Positions 37,236 through 47,137 of a stretch of 64,000 bases of DNA are shown piece after piece. How positions within the stretch are numbered: position 1 is the stretch's first letter; every line of letters starts with the position of its first letter. Below the pieces are notes generated by a model. That model saw only the letters and a list, made by a program, of their open reading frames with translations, did not search any database and was not told where the DNA came from. The DNA lies in the IMG/VR virus record IMGVR_UViG_3300030451_005783. One strand, written 5' to 3'. The translations under genes and the position numbers were made by a program. This DNA is from a virus.

Positions 37236-39431
37236 ATGTCTGCGCTTCAAGAACTTCAAAACTATACTTTCGTCTCCAAATACGCTAGATGGTTAGAGGA
37301 TAAGAACCGCAGAGAAACATGGAAAGAAGCTGTTGATCGTGTCAAAGGCATGATGCATACCCAATATGCTGAGAAAGACATCTCTGAGCAAATAGATTGG
37401 GCTTACGACCTCATGTTTAAAAAGAAAGTACTGGGTAGTCAAAGAGCTTTACAATTTGGTGGAGAGCCCATTTTAAAGCGTCATGCAAAGATATATAATT
37501 GCACCAGTGCATATTGTGACAGATTAAGATTTTTCCAAGAATGTTTCTGGTTATTGCTTTGTGGTAGTGGTACAGGATTCAGTGTTCAAAAACATCATGT
37601 AGCCAAATTGCCTAGTCTATCTCAGAAAAAGAAACCCAAAAAAGGGTGTAAATATATTATAGAAGATAGTATTGAAGGTTGGGCAGATGCTTTAGGTGTA
37701 TTGCTAAGTTCTTATTTTGTAAAGCCTGCTGAAAATAAATTCAAAGAATATAAAGATCAATACATTGTTTTTGACTATAGCAATATTAGAGAAAAGGGAG
37801 CCACACTATCATCCGGAGTTGGTAAGGCACCGGGATTCGAGCCCTTGCAAAATGGTCTTGAAAAAATTAGAGAACTGCTAGATAAATGTGTTAAAGATGG
37901 ACAAAAAAAACTTAGACCAATTGATGCTTATGATATTATTATGCATAGCAGTGATGCTGTGCTATCAGGTGGTGTTCGCAGAAGCGCATCTCTTGCTTTA
38001 TTCAGCCCAGATGATGAAGATATGGCAAAAGCTAAAACTGGCAACTGGTATGTAGATAATCCACAAAGAGCAAGAAGTAATAACTCAGCATTATTATTAA
38101 AAGATAATACTACATATGAACAATTTAAAACATTAATGGAGTCTGTCAAAGAATTTGGTGAACCGGGTTTTATTTGGAGCGACTCTACGGAGATGACTTT
38201 TAATCCTTGTGTAGAAGTAGGCATGTGGCCTGTAGACGAAAAATCTGGTAAATCTGGATGGCAAGGATGCAATCTATCAACAATAAATTGTTCTTCTTTA
38301 TCTGATGAAGAAGATTTTTATGAGAGATGTAAGGCTGCTGCAATTATTGGTACTTTGCAGGCTGGTTTTACTCGCTTAGATTATTTAGGAAAGACTAGTA
38401 AAGATATCTTTGATAGAGAGGCTTTGCTTGGCGTTTCTCTAACAGGTATTATGGAAAAACATGAATTAGTATTAACAGAAAAAGTTTTAAAGAAAGGTGC
38501 AAAAATTGCTGTTGACACCAACAAAGCATTAGCTAAACAAATTGGTATTAATCAAGCAGCAAGAGTTACATGCTTAAAGCCAGAGGGTACTAGCAGTAGT
38601 ATGCTTGGTACAAGTTCTGGTATTCATCCCCACCATGCTAAAAGATATATTAGGCATGTACAGGCTAATACTTTAGAAGCACCCTTTCAGCATTTTAAAA
38701 GCTACAACCCACAGGCTTGTGAGAAATCATCTTGGTCTGCTAACGATACAGACGAAGTAGTTAAGTTTCCTATAGAGGTTCCAGATGGATCAAAACTTAA
38801 GAACCAGCTGCCTGCTGTAGAAATGTTGGGTGTAGTTAAAGACGCTCAAAAAAACTGGGTTCACTCTGGCAAAAACAGATCTTTGTGTACTCAAGACTTC
38901 TTAAGTCATAATGTAAGCAACACGGTAACTGTACATCCTGAAGAATGGGAATCTGTCACAAAATTTATTTACAATAATAGAAAGTTTTTTGCAGGGATTA
39001 GTCTTATACCACAAAGCGGTGATAAAGATTATCCTCAAGCCCCGTTTACAACAGTCTATACTCCCAAAGAGATAGCCAAAGAATATGGCGATGCTTCGCT
39101 ATGGTGTTCTGGTTTAATTGAGTTAGGTCTGAATGCTTTTGATAATAATCTATGGGCTGCATGTGACTATATGACTTTAGAACAAGCATCTGACAAAGAC
39201 ACTGATGATAAAAAATTATTTGCAATGAAAATGCAAAGATTTGCTAAAAAATATTTTGATGATGACTTAAAGCGTTTAACATACTGTATGAAGGATGTAT
39301 ATAATTGGAAAAGGTATACAGATTTGTTTAACAGTTTCAGTAAAGTTGATTATACACAGCTTTTGGAAACAGAGGATAATACCACGGGGATAGAAGAAAT
39401 TAGCTGTGCTGGTGGCGCATGTCTGATTTAG
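37236..39431 (+). CDS. nrdJ: Class II (adenosylcobalamin) ribonucleotide reductase, monomeric RTPR type
   Basis: RRETW, YNC, NPCVE, CNL, KPEGTSS, C-terminal CAGGAC; SD AAGGAG. Confidence 0.9.
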   Translation: MSALQELQNYTFVSKYARWLEDKNRRETWKEAVDRVKGMMHTQYAEKDISEQIDWAYDLMFKKKVLGSQRALQFGGEPILKRHAKIYNCTSAYCDRLRFFQECFWLLLCGSGTGFSVQKHHVAKLPSLSQKKKPKKGCKYIIEDSIEGWADALGVLLSSYFVKPAENKFKEYKDQYIVFDYSNIREKGATLSSGVGKAPGFEPLQNGLEKIRELLDKCVKDGQKKLRPIDAYDIIMHSSDAVLSGGVRRSASLALFSPDDEDMAKAKTGNWYVDNPQRARSNNSALLLKDNTTYEQFKTLMESVKEFGEPGFIWSDSTEMTFNPCVEVGMWPVDEKSGKSGWQGCNLSTINCSSLSDEEDFYERCKAAAIIGTLQAGFTRLDYLGKTSKDIFDREALLGVSLTGIMEKHELVLTEKVLKKGAKIAVDTNKALAKQIGINQAARVTCLKPEGTSSSMLGTSSGIHPHHAKRYIRHVQANTLEAPFQHFKSYNPQACEKSSWSANDTDEVVKFPIEVPDGSKLKNQLPAVEMLGVVKDAQKNWVHSGKNRSLCTQDFLSHNVSNTVTVHPEEWESVTKFIYNNRKFFAGISLIPQSGDKDYPQAPFTTVYTPKEIAKEYGDASLWCSGLIELGLNAFDNNLWAACDYMTLEQASDKDTDDKKLFAMKMQRFAKKYFDDDLKRLTYCMKDVYNWKRYTDLFNSFSKVDYTQLLETEDNTTGIEEISCAGGACLI

Positions 39432-39457
39432 TCCTACTCCCCTAGAGAGGTACAACT

Positions 39458-40144
39458 TTGAGAAAGCGAAAAATTAAAAAGGCTGCCGACAGGCTAGCCC
39501 CTGAAGAACATATAGTTGGTTTTAAAAATAGACTCAAACCTAGATCTATAAATCAAAAAGAATACATTAGAACCGTAGCAGAAAATACTATTACTTTCTG
39601 TCAGGGTGTTCCTGGTAGTGGTAAAACACATATTGCTGTTGGTATGGCTTTAGAATATCTTTTAGATTTTAAAGTTAAAAAAATAGTTATCACTAGACCT
39701 GTTGTAGAGGCTGGAGAAAAACTAGGTTTTTTACCGGGTAGTGCAGAAGAAAAACTACACCCATATCTATTACCATTATTTGATGAGGTAAATCACTTTT
39801 TAAAAATGGAACATTTCCATAAACTTAAGTCTGGTAGACAAATAGAAATTGTTCCTTTAGGCTTAATGAGAGGTAGAAGTTTTCATGATGCGTTTATCGT
39901 AGCAGACGAGTGCCAAAATGCTTCTTACGACCAATTAAAAATGTTACTAACTAGAATTGGTATGAATAGTAAAATGGTTTTAACTGGTGATTTAGATCAA
40001 TCAGACCTACATACTGCCCAAAAGGGAGGTTTTGGTAGCATAATAGAAAGGCTGCAAGGGGCTAATGGTGTTGGTTTTTCTCAACTAGAAATATCTGATA
40101 TCGTTAGAAACCCGATAATAGCAGAGATAGTCCACAGGCTTTAA
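39458..40144 (+). CDS. phoH: PhoH-family ATPase
   Basis: TTG start after GAGAGG; GVPGSGKT, GFLPG, MRGRSF, DECQN, LTRIG, GDLDQSD. Confidence 0.92.
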   Translation: MRKRKIKKAADRLAPEEHIVGFKNRLKPRSINQKEYIRTVAENTITFCQGVPGSGKTHIAVGMALEYLLDFKVKKIVITRPVVEAGEKLGFLPGSAEEKLHPYLLPLFDEVNHFLKMEHFHKLKSGRQIEIVPLGLMRGRSFHDAFIVADECQNASYDQLKMLLTRIGMNSKMVLTGDLDQSDLHTAQKGGFGSIIERLQGANGVGFSQLEISDIVRNPIIAEIVHRL

Positions 40145-40156
40145 TACAAAATATGC

Positions 40157-40184
40157 TTGCAAATTGATTTCTAAGTTATACAAT
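40157..40184 (+). promoter_or_regulatory. Sigma70-type promoter
   Basis: TTGCAA-N16-TACAAT in the intergenic gap before 40205. Confidence 0.55.
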
Positions 40185-40204
40185 AAAGTAACTGAGGAAA
40201 AAAT

Positions 40205-40549
40205 ATGCCGACATATACATATTTCTGTGAGAGTTGCAATAATTCTTTTGATTTATTTGCTACAATCACTAATTATAAAGAAACAGCAAAATGTCCAGCA
40301 TGCCAAGTGTCTTGTTCAAGAGATTACGGAGACATGCTGACATTAAATAGTTCTGTAAAAAAAAGTGATTCTGAGTTAAAGACATTAGGAGACTTAGCAC
40401 AAAGAAATACAGAAAGATTTAGTGACGACTATAAAGCAGAGTTGCAGAGAAAGCATTATGATTATAAAGGTAAGGAAGATCCAAACACAGCCTTGCCTGA
40501 TGGTATGTCAAGAATAGAAAGGGGTCCAAAAACTATTTGGCCAAAATAA
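40205..40549 (+). CDS. FmdB-family zinc-ribbon protein
   Basis: MPTYTYFCESC...CPAC; SD GAGGA. Confidence 0.8.
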   Translation: MPTYTYFCESCNNSFDLFATITNYKETAKCPACQVSCSRDYGDMLTLNSSVKKSDSELKTLGDLAQRNTERFSDDYKAELQRKHYDYKGKEDPNTALPDGMSRIERGPKTIWPK

Positions 40550-40550
40550 T

Positions 40551-40922
40551 ATGAGTATAAGACAAATAAAAGAAAGCCAACCTGAAAACAAACACTATGA
40601 ATACTATACGATATTTGGTGAACATGAATATCTGGACGAAAACAATTTTCCTAAACTAAAAGACGGTACTAAAGATGTACTAGCAAAAAGTATTACTATA
40701 GATGATAATACTAGATATTTTATTAAGCTAGGATCTCATGGTAAAATATATAATCCTATCGGTATGTTTTCTGAAGGAACATCTAATAAATTTCTATCTA
40801 AGATAGGTAAGAAGGCATGGGAGTTTAAGTCTGTGTCACCAAGGGTATTTGATTTGTATATTAAATTTCTAAAAACAAAAAATATAGCATGGCTAAGGAA
40901 TGCAGAAAGAGAGATGGAATAA
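40551..40922 (+). CDS. Hypothetical protein
   Basis: 123 aa ORF, tightly packed. Confidence 0.65.
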   Translation: MSIRQIKESQPENKHYEYYTIFGEHEYLDENNFPKLKDGTKDVLAKSITIDDNTRYFIKLGSHGKIYNPIGMFSEGTSNKFLSKIGKKAWEFKSVSPRVFDLYIKFLKTKNIAWLRNAEREME

Positions 40923-41236
40923 TGGCAAAAGTATCAAAGGTTAAAGAATATGCCACAAGATATCTACAAGAAGTTATTGGCATGGAAGAAAAACAAATTG
41001 CTAAAGAATTAAAACTAACGCAAGAAACAGTGAAGGATATTCTAGGTACAGAAAGTCCACATAAGGCTAATATTAAAACGGCTACAAGTAAAACGGACTC
41101 GTTTATTAGAGAAACTGCTGTCAAGAGAACCAAGAATGTTACTATAATGACGGAAGCTGCATCACAGACTACCGACAATCAGCAAAACAAAATCAACCCC
41201 AAATACAGCAACTCTATAAACAAAGCTCGTGGATAA
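40922..41236 (+). CDS. Hypothetical protein, possible HTH
   Basis: TAATG overlap gives start 40922; MEEKQIAKELKLTQETVKDIL. Confidence 0.6.
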   Translation: MAKVSKVKEYATRYLQEVIGMEEKQIAKELKLTQETVKDILGTESPHKANIKTATSKTDSFIRETAVKRTKNVTIMTEAASQTTDNQQNKINPKYSNSINKARG

Positions 41237-41642
41237 ATATATTTCCAAATATTCGAACGGCAAGTCAGTATCTGCTGCTCAATATATTACGGAATTAATC
41301 TGCGAGAACAAAGCAAGAATTGATAAAAAAGATTTACATTACAGATTTTGGAACAACAAGGAGTGGGCATCATTCTATAAAAGTCAAATCTTTACGGCAC
41401 ATCGTCTACTTAAAAAGCATAGTGCTAAAGCTATCATATTAGCAATTAAAGACAAAAAATGCTATAGGGTTTATTCTCTAAGGTCTAAGTTTTTGACTCC
41501 TGTCATAAAAAATTATGAAAAGACCTTGTCTAAACAGAACAAAGATGTTACAATAGATCTAGATAGAACAAAATCTACCTACAAACAACACAAGAACACA
41601 AAAAATATTTTATCAAAATTAAGGGACTTAGAAGATGAGTAA
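41229..41642 (+). CDS. Hypothetical protein
   Basis: GTG start, 137 aa, overlaps the recA start. Confidence 0.6.
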   Translation: MDKYISKYSNGKSVSAAQYITELICENKARIDKKDLHYRFWNNKEWASFYKSQIFTAHRLLKKHSAKAIILAIKDKKCYRVYSLRSKFLTPVIKNYEKTLSKQNKDVTIDLDRTKSTYKQHKNTKNILSKLRDLEDE

Positions 41643-42678
41643 GGCTAAAACTAAAACAAAAAGCAAGAGTAAAATTCAAGAAGGGGTAAAAAAACAATTT
41701 GGTGATGGCATAATGTTGTCAGCAAATTCTGTAGTAGATCAAAACCTAGTAACAATACCAGTGTCGCCTTGCTTGGATCTTGTTTTAAATGGTGGAGTGC
41801 CAGAAGGTAGTTTTATGATTTTTACCGGACATCCTAAATGTGGTAAGACAACCACATCGTTGGACTTCGCGGCAACCGCACAAAGACTAGAATATGCACA
41901 TAGTTCTTTTGCTGATGGCAGAGATGTGTATTACCTAAATATAGAAGGTAGATTGAAAAAAAGGGACTTAGAAGGTATACCCGGATTGAATTTAGATAAG
42001 TTTCATGTGATAGGATCACAGCAAGGTAAGATACTACATGCTGAAGAATATTTATCTATTGGTGAAAGAATTATTAATGAAGAACCGGGATCTGTTGTAA
42101 TCATAGACTCTTACTCTGCTCTATGTACAGAAGCAGAAATTACAGCAGATATGGGCAAAATGCAAAGAGCAGATGGTGCAAAGCTATTAGCTAAATTTTG
42201 CAGAAAAGTAGCTAACGTAATTCCTGTCAATAAAAATGTTGTTATAGGTATTACTCACCTTATGGGAAATCCCGGTCATGGTAATGTAGAATTTAAAGAA
42301 AAGTCTGGTCAATCTATTGCCTATCAAACAGACGTTAAACTAAGGGCTACTTATTTTGAACCTTGGAGAGTAGGTAAAGACGACACCCAAATAGGACAAA
42401 AAATACATTGGATCGTCAACTGCTCTGCATTGGGTCCTCCCGGCGGTAAGATTACCAGTTTTTTACGATACGGAGAAGGTATAGACAGAGCAATGGAAGT
42501 ATTTAATCTAGCTAAAGATATTGGTCTTGTAGATCAAGCTGGAGCGTGGTATACTATTTCTTGTGTTAAAGATACCCCAAAGTTTCAGGGGGAAGAAAAA
42601 GCTAGAAATTATATTGCTTCTAATCCAGATGTATATGAAAGTATTTGGAATCAGGTAAAAGAAACGATGGGTATATGA
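41635..42678 (+). CDS. recA: RecA/UvsX-like recombinase
   Basis: LDLVLNGG, GHPKCGKTT (Walker A), VIIDSYSAL (Walker B), GAWY. Confidence 0.85.
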   Translation: MSKAKTKTKSKSKIQEGVKKQFGDGIMLSANSVVDQNLVTIPVSPCLDLVLNGGVPEGSFMIFTGHPKCGKTTTSLDFAATAQRLEYAHSSFADGRDVYYLNIEGRLKKRDLEGIPGLNLDKFHVIGSQQGKILHAEEYLSIGERIINEEPGSVVIIDSYSALCTEAEITADMGKMQRADGAKLLAKFCRKVANVIPVNKNVVIGITHLMGNPGHGNVEFKEKSGQSIAYQTDVKLRATYFEPWRVGKDDTQIGQKIHWIVNCSALGPPGGKITSFLRYGEGIDRAMEVFNLAKDIGLVDQAGAWYTISCVKDTPKFQGEEKARNYIASNPDVYESIWNQVKETMGI

Positions 42679-42682
42679 TGGT

Positions 42683-43093
42683 ATGGATATTATTGATTTA
42701 GATGGTAAAGTACAGAAATGGCAATTAACAGGACATATAGCTAAGGGTAGTAGACAAAATAAATCTGAATTACATTTACAAGCTAGAGAAATTATAAGAA
42801 ATATTTTTCCTACTTATCAGATTTTAGAGGAAGTTCCGATACCTTTAAGAAGAACCGAAACTTTGTACCTTGACTTTTACCTGCCACTTGCTAAAATTTG
42901 TATAGAGGTTCATGGTGAACAGCACTATAAATATATTCCGTTTTTTCATCAGAACAAGTTAAATTTTTTGAAACATAAAAAAAGAGATAGAGAAAAAAAG
43001 AATTGGTGTGATATTAATGAAATTGGTTTTGTAGAATTGCCTTATAATAAAATGTCAGAATGGGAAGATATTATAAATGACCAAAACAACTAA
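42683..43093 (+). CDS. DUF559/Vsr-like endonuclease
   Basis: LDFYLP...IEVHGEQHY...RD. Confidence 0.7.
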   Translation: MDIIDLDGKVQKWQLTGHIAKGSRQNKSELHLQAREIIRNIFPTYQILEEVPIPLRRTETLYLDFYLPLAKICIEVHGEQHYKYIPFFHQNKLNFLKHKKRDREKKNWCDINEIGFVELPYNKMSEWEDIINDQNN

Positions 43094-43568
43094 AGAAGAA
43101 ATATCTCATTGGGATAGTATCTTAGACGATTACGAAAAGGGTATTGGCTTACCAGCATATGCTGGAGACAGTTTGCCAGAAGACGAACTACAACAATATT
43201 TGACAATGAATAGGGATGTTCTAGAAAAGTTTACCGTAACAGAATGTGGTGAGATTGCATATAGAATTGGTCAATTTGGTTTTCATATACAAAGAAGTCT
43301 CAATAGAGAAGTGGCTAGATATAATTGGGCAGATGAAACTATTAAAGATACTATTGCTGATGAAATTAATAACTATAAAGGATATGGCTATGTAGAAAAA
43401 TCCTTACAAGCAATTAAACACAACGAAAGAGCTTACAAATTAAATCAAATTAAAAAATATGCTAAACAAAGATCAGACAGATTGACATATCTATCAAGTA
43501 CTCTTAAAAATTTGTCCGACATTCTAATTTCTATACAAAGAGCAAAGGGGATGATTAAAAATGGATGA
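43077..43568 (+). CDS. Helical hypothetical protein, possibly UvsY-like mediator
   Basis: 163 aa, apparently all-helical, next to RecA; family call weak. Confidence 0.4.
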   Translation: MTKTTKEEISHWDSILDDYEKGIGLPAYAGDSLPEDELQQYLTMNRDVLEKFTVTECGEIAYRIGQFGFHIQRSLNREVARYNWADETIKDTIADEINNYKGYGYVEKSLQAIKHNERAYKLNQIKKYAKQRSDRLTYLSSTLKNLSDILISIQRAKGMIKNG

Positions 43569-43935
43569 TAGCTTAAGTCCCAAACAAATTAAACAAATGA
43601 TTAAAATGCTTGCGGCAATGTTGCCACAAGAAGAAGACGAGGTCGTAGAACCTCAGCAACCAGAAAGCTATAATTCTGCCATAAAATCTAAGAACCTAGA
43701 TACAAAAAGTAAAAGGGTAAACAGGTTTGAAGACATGGCCGAGTTTACTATGCATAAAGAAGATGTTGAATTTGACAAGAAGGTGGCCAAACAACCACCT
43801 GTACCTAGAACAAGAAGGTACATTCCTGTAAATGTTATTTGCAGGGTGTGTGGTAAAAAAGAAGCAGTTAACCCTGCATTGATAGATTCAGTAGACAGAT
43901 ATAAGTGTAATAAATGTTCCGCAATGGCTGGGTAA
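43561..43935 (+). CDS. Hypothetical protein with C-terminal zinc ribbon
   Basis: CRVCG...CNKC. Confidence 0.6.
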   Translation: MDDSLSPKQIKQMIKMLAAMLPQEEDEVVEPQQPESYNSAIKSKNLDTKSKRVNRFEDMAEFTMHKEDVEFDKKVAKQPPVPRTRRYIPVNVICRVCGKKEAVNPALIDSVDRYKCNKCSAMAG

Positions 43936-43936
43936 A

Positions 43937-45385
43937 ATGAAATTATCAGATGCGTCCGCAGAACGTGCTGTTCTGTCAGGTATATACAACTATGGTGAAG
44001 ATGCTTACTTTGATGTAGCAGACCTGCTGCAAGAAAGCTCATTTACTATTGATAGTAATATAGTTTTATACAAATGTTTTAAACATATTTTTGAAAAACA
44101 ACCAAATACCAAGCTAGACATAGCAACAATTTTCTCCGCTGCTGAAGAATTACATTTGTCTTCTTTAATTACTAAAAAAGAAGAAGTACAACATCTACAA
44201 GCTATTACGAATTTTCCTGTTGAACTAGATAATGTTAGAAAATTTGCTGCTAAAGTCAGAAAGCTAGAAATAGCCAGACTACTAGAAGAACAATTAGACA
44301 AAGCTAAAGGCAAGGTATCTGAAGTTAAAGGTACGGAACCTGTTGGTAGCATAGTTGGTATTGCTGAAGATGTGATATTTAATTTTTCTTCTTTACTCAA
44401 TGATACAGAAAATCATCCCACAACAGTAGGAGAAAACTTAGAAGAGTATCTTCAAGAACTTATCGACAATCCTATTGATCAAATTGGTATCCCTACAGGA
44501 TTTCCTATTTACGACGAAGCTATTGGTGGAGGCTTGCGTAGAGGTACAGTAAATGTAATTGCTGCCAGACCAAAGACAGGCAAAACATTATTATCTGACA
44601 ATATTGGATTTAACATTGCGTCTAAATCAAAAGTACCAATATTGAATTTAGATACTGAGATGATGAAAGAAGATCATATAAATAGAATTTTAGCAATGAT
44701 GACTGAGATTGATATCAACAGTATTGAAACTGGTAAATTTGCTCAGTCTCCCAATAAGAAAAACAAAATACAAAAAGCAGCTAAAGACCTAAAAGAAATG
44801 GGTATCTACCACAAGTCGATTGCTGGACAGCCTTTTGAAGATCAAATCTCATTGATGAGAAGATGGTTAATTAAAGAGGTGGGATTAAATGAAGATGGTA
44901 CAGCTAAAGACTGTGTAATATTCTACGACTATTTAAAATTGATGGATAGTCAGGGTATGAGTCAAGATATGAAAGAGTATCAGGTTCTTGGTTTCATGAT
45001 GACTTCTTTACATAATTTTGCCACTAGATACAAAGTACCTATTGTAGCATTCGTACAGCTAAATAGAGATGGCATTACAAAAGAAAGTACAGATACCGCT
45101 AGTGGTTCTGATAGGATTATTTGGCTGTGTAGTAATTTTACTATCTTTAAAAGAAAGACAGATGAAGAAATAGCAGAGGATGGACCAGATAACGGAAATA
45201 GAAAACTACTACCTCTAGTAAGTAGACATGGTGGGGGTTTGGACGATAATGATTACATCAACTGTAACATGAAAGGTTGGTGTGCTAAAATTAGCGAAGG
45301 TAAAACCAGATTGGAACTAATGCAAAAGCCTGATAGTATTGAGGAGTTTGATGAAAACAGTGAAGAAGCAATCCCATTCGAATAA
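43937..45385 (+). CDS. dnaB: Replicative DNA helicase
   Basis: AERAVL, IPTGF, AARPKTGKT, FYDYLKL, QLNR. Confidence 0.9.
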   Translation: MKLSDASAERAVLSGIYNYGEDAYFDVADLLQESSFTIDSNIVLYKCFKHIFEKQPNTKLDIATIFSAAEELHLSSLITKKEEVQHLQAITNFPVELDNVRKFAAKVRKLEIARLLEEQLDKAKGKVSEVKGTEPVGSIVGIAEDVIFNFSSLLNDTENHPTTVGENLEEYLQELIDNPIDQIGIPTGFPIYDEAIGGGLRRGTVNVIAARPKTGKTLLSDNIGFNIASKSKVPILNLDTEMMKEDHINRILAMMTEIDINSIETGKFAQSPNKKNKIQKAAKDLKEMGIYHKSIAGQPFEDQISLMRRWLIKEVGLNEDGTAKDCVIFYDYLKLMDSQGMSQDMKEYQVLGFMMTSLHNFATRYKVPIVAFVQLNRDGITKESTDTASGSDRIIWLCSNFTIFKRKTDEEIAEDGPDNGNRKLLPLVSRHGGGLDDNDYINCNMKGWCAKISEGKTRLELMQKPDSIEEFDENSEEAIPFE

Positions 45386-46511
45386 AAATCAACAACAAAA
45401 ATTAAAAATACTCTGCGATAATTTATGTGACAAAGCAGAAGATTTGTTTGATTATTTCGAAATTGACTATAAGGACAATGGTAGATTTTATAGCATGTGT
45501 TGTCCTATTCATGGTGGAGATAATCCATCAGCAATTAATATATATCCAGAAGGGGAATCGTACAGAGGTAATTGGAAATGTAGAACACATAATTGTGAAG
45601 AGGTTTTTCAGCCATCTATCATAGGTTTTGTGAGAGGTCTGCTGTCTAATAAAAAGTACAATTGGTGCAAACCTGGGGATCAAGCCTGTACATTTAAGGA
45701 AACTTTACAATTCTGTGAAGAGTTTACAAATACAAAACTGCAAAATATTAGAATAAATAGAAACCAACAGAGCAAACATAAATTCAATATTGCTATGAAG
45801 TCTATGCAAAAAATAGACAATACAGATAAGCCTGTGGTAACTAGAGAAATGGTTAGAAGCAGCCTGTCTATACCTGCAGATTATTATATCGACAGAGGAT
45901 ATAGTCAGCAGATAATGAATAAATATGATGTGGGTCTATGTTCTAACCCTAAAAGAGAAATGTATAATAGGGTAGTTGTTCCTATTTATGACATGAATTA
46001 TGAAACTATGGTGGGGTGTACCGGCAGGAGCATATACGAAAAATGCGATAAGTGTGGTGGCTTTCATAACCCATCGAACGACTGTCCTTCTGCTGAAAAT
46101 CTATGGAAGTACTCTAAGTGGAAACATAATAGTGGCTTTAAAACACAAGAGTATTTATATAACTTTTGGTTTGCTAAAGAACATATTAAAAAAGACATGT
46201 ATGTTATATTGGTAGAAAGTCCGGGCAACGTATGGAAATTAGAAGAAAATGGTATACATAACAGCGTAGCCATATTCGGCACAAATCTAAGTAATCAACA
46301 AAAGCTACTATTAGATTCTAGTGGTGCAATGTGCATATTTACTATTATGGATAATGATGATGCTGGACAAAAAGCAGCTCAAAATATTTATAAGAATTGC
46401 AATCGTACTTACAATGTTTATAATATAGAAATATCTGCTAATGATATTGCTGATATGTCGCCCGATCAAATTGATGTGCAAATAAAAAAGACTATACAGG
46501 AGTATTTATGA
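45351..46511 (+). CDS. dnaG: DnaG-type primase with CHC2 zinc finger and an extra CCHC insert
   Basis: CPIHGGDNP...CRTHNC; VVVPI; ILVESPGN; MDNDDAG; GAGGAG before ATG 45351. Confidence 0.8.
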   Translation: MKTVKKQSHSNKNQQQKLKILCDNLCDKAEDLFDYFEIDYKDNGRFYSMCCPIHGGDNPSAINIYPEGESYRGNWKCRTHNCEEVFQPSIIGFVRGLLSNKKYNWCKPGDQACTFKETLQFCEEFTNTKLQNIRINRNQQSKHKFNIAMKSMQKIDNTDKPVVTREMVRSSLSIPADYYIDRGYSQQIMNKYDVGLCSNPKREMYNRVVVPIYDMNYETMVGCTGRSIYEKCDKCGGFHNPSNDCPSAENLWKYSKWKHNSGFKTQEYLYNFWFAKEHIKKDMYVILVESPGNVWKLEENGIHNSVAIFGTNLSNQQKLLLDSSGAMCIFTIMDNDDAGQKAAQNIYKNCNRTYNVYNIEISANDIADMSPDQIDVQIKKTIQEYL

Positions 46512-47137
46512 TTATTGCGTTTGCTGGTAAAAAACAATCTGGTAAAACTACATCTTGTGAATTTGTTAAAAATTTGTTTGATGAGCACACACCTCTAGGA
46601 TGCTCACAGATATACAATTTTGCAGATCCTTTAAAACAACTTTGTATAAACATATTGGGCTTAACAGAAAAACAATGTTACGGTACAGACGATAACAAAA
46701 ATGAGCTTGTAGACTGCTATTGGCCCGGTATTGATGCACAAATGACAGCCAGAGAAGTACTCCAGTATGTTGGAACGGATGTTTTTAGGAGAATGCAGCA
46801 CGATGTCTGGGCAGCAGCTACTATCAGATTAATTCAAAAACACGGGAGAGGATTATCCTTAATTGCTGATTGTCGATTTCCGAATGAGGTTGAGGCTGTT
46901 AAAAATGCTGGTGGTCTAGTAGTCAAACTTAATAGAAACCTCTATAGCTCTACACACGCAAGCGAAACAGCACTAGACGAGGATCAATACGATCAAAGTA
47001 ATTTTGATTTAGTTATAGACAATCCTGACATATCTATTGATGACAGAAATAAATTAATTATTGAGTTTCTAAAAAAACATATAACCTCACCCAAGAACCA
47101 AAAATATCTAGTTCATACAAAAAATAAGGCAACATAA
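46508..47137 (+). CDS. Deoxynucleoside monophosphate kinase
   Basis: AGKKQSGKT, NFADPLK, REVLQYVGT, DCRFPNE, HASE. Confidence 0.85.
   Translation: MIIAFAGKKQSGKTTSCEFVKNLFDEHTPLGCSQIYNFADPLKQLCINILGLTEKQCYGTDDNKNELVDCYWPGIDAQMTAREVLQYVGTDVFRRMQHDVWAAATIRLIQKHGRGLSLIADCRFPNEVEAVKNAGGLVVKLNRNLYSSTHASETALDEDQYDQSNFDLVIDNPDISIDDRNKLIIEFLKKHITSPKNQKYLVHTKNKAT

Noticed and set aside
37093-37296. 67-aa ORF spanning the RNR leader
   Set aside because: Overlaps both flanking genes out of frame; no motif
36663-40144. dCMP deaminase, class II RNR and PhoH as novelties
   Set aside because: Common accessory genes of large phages with canonical motifs
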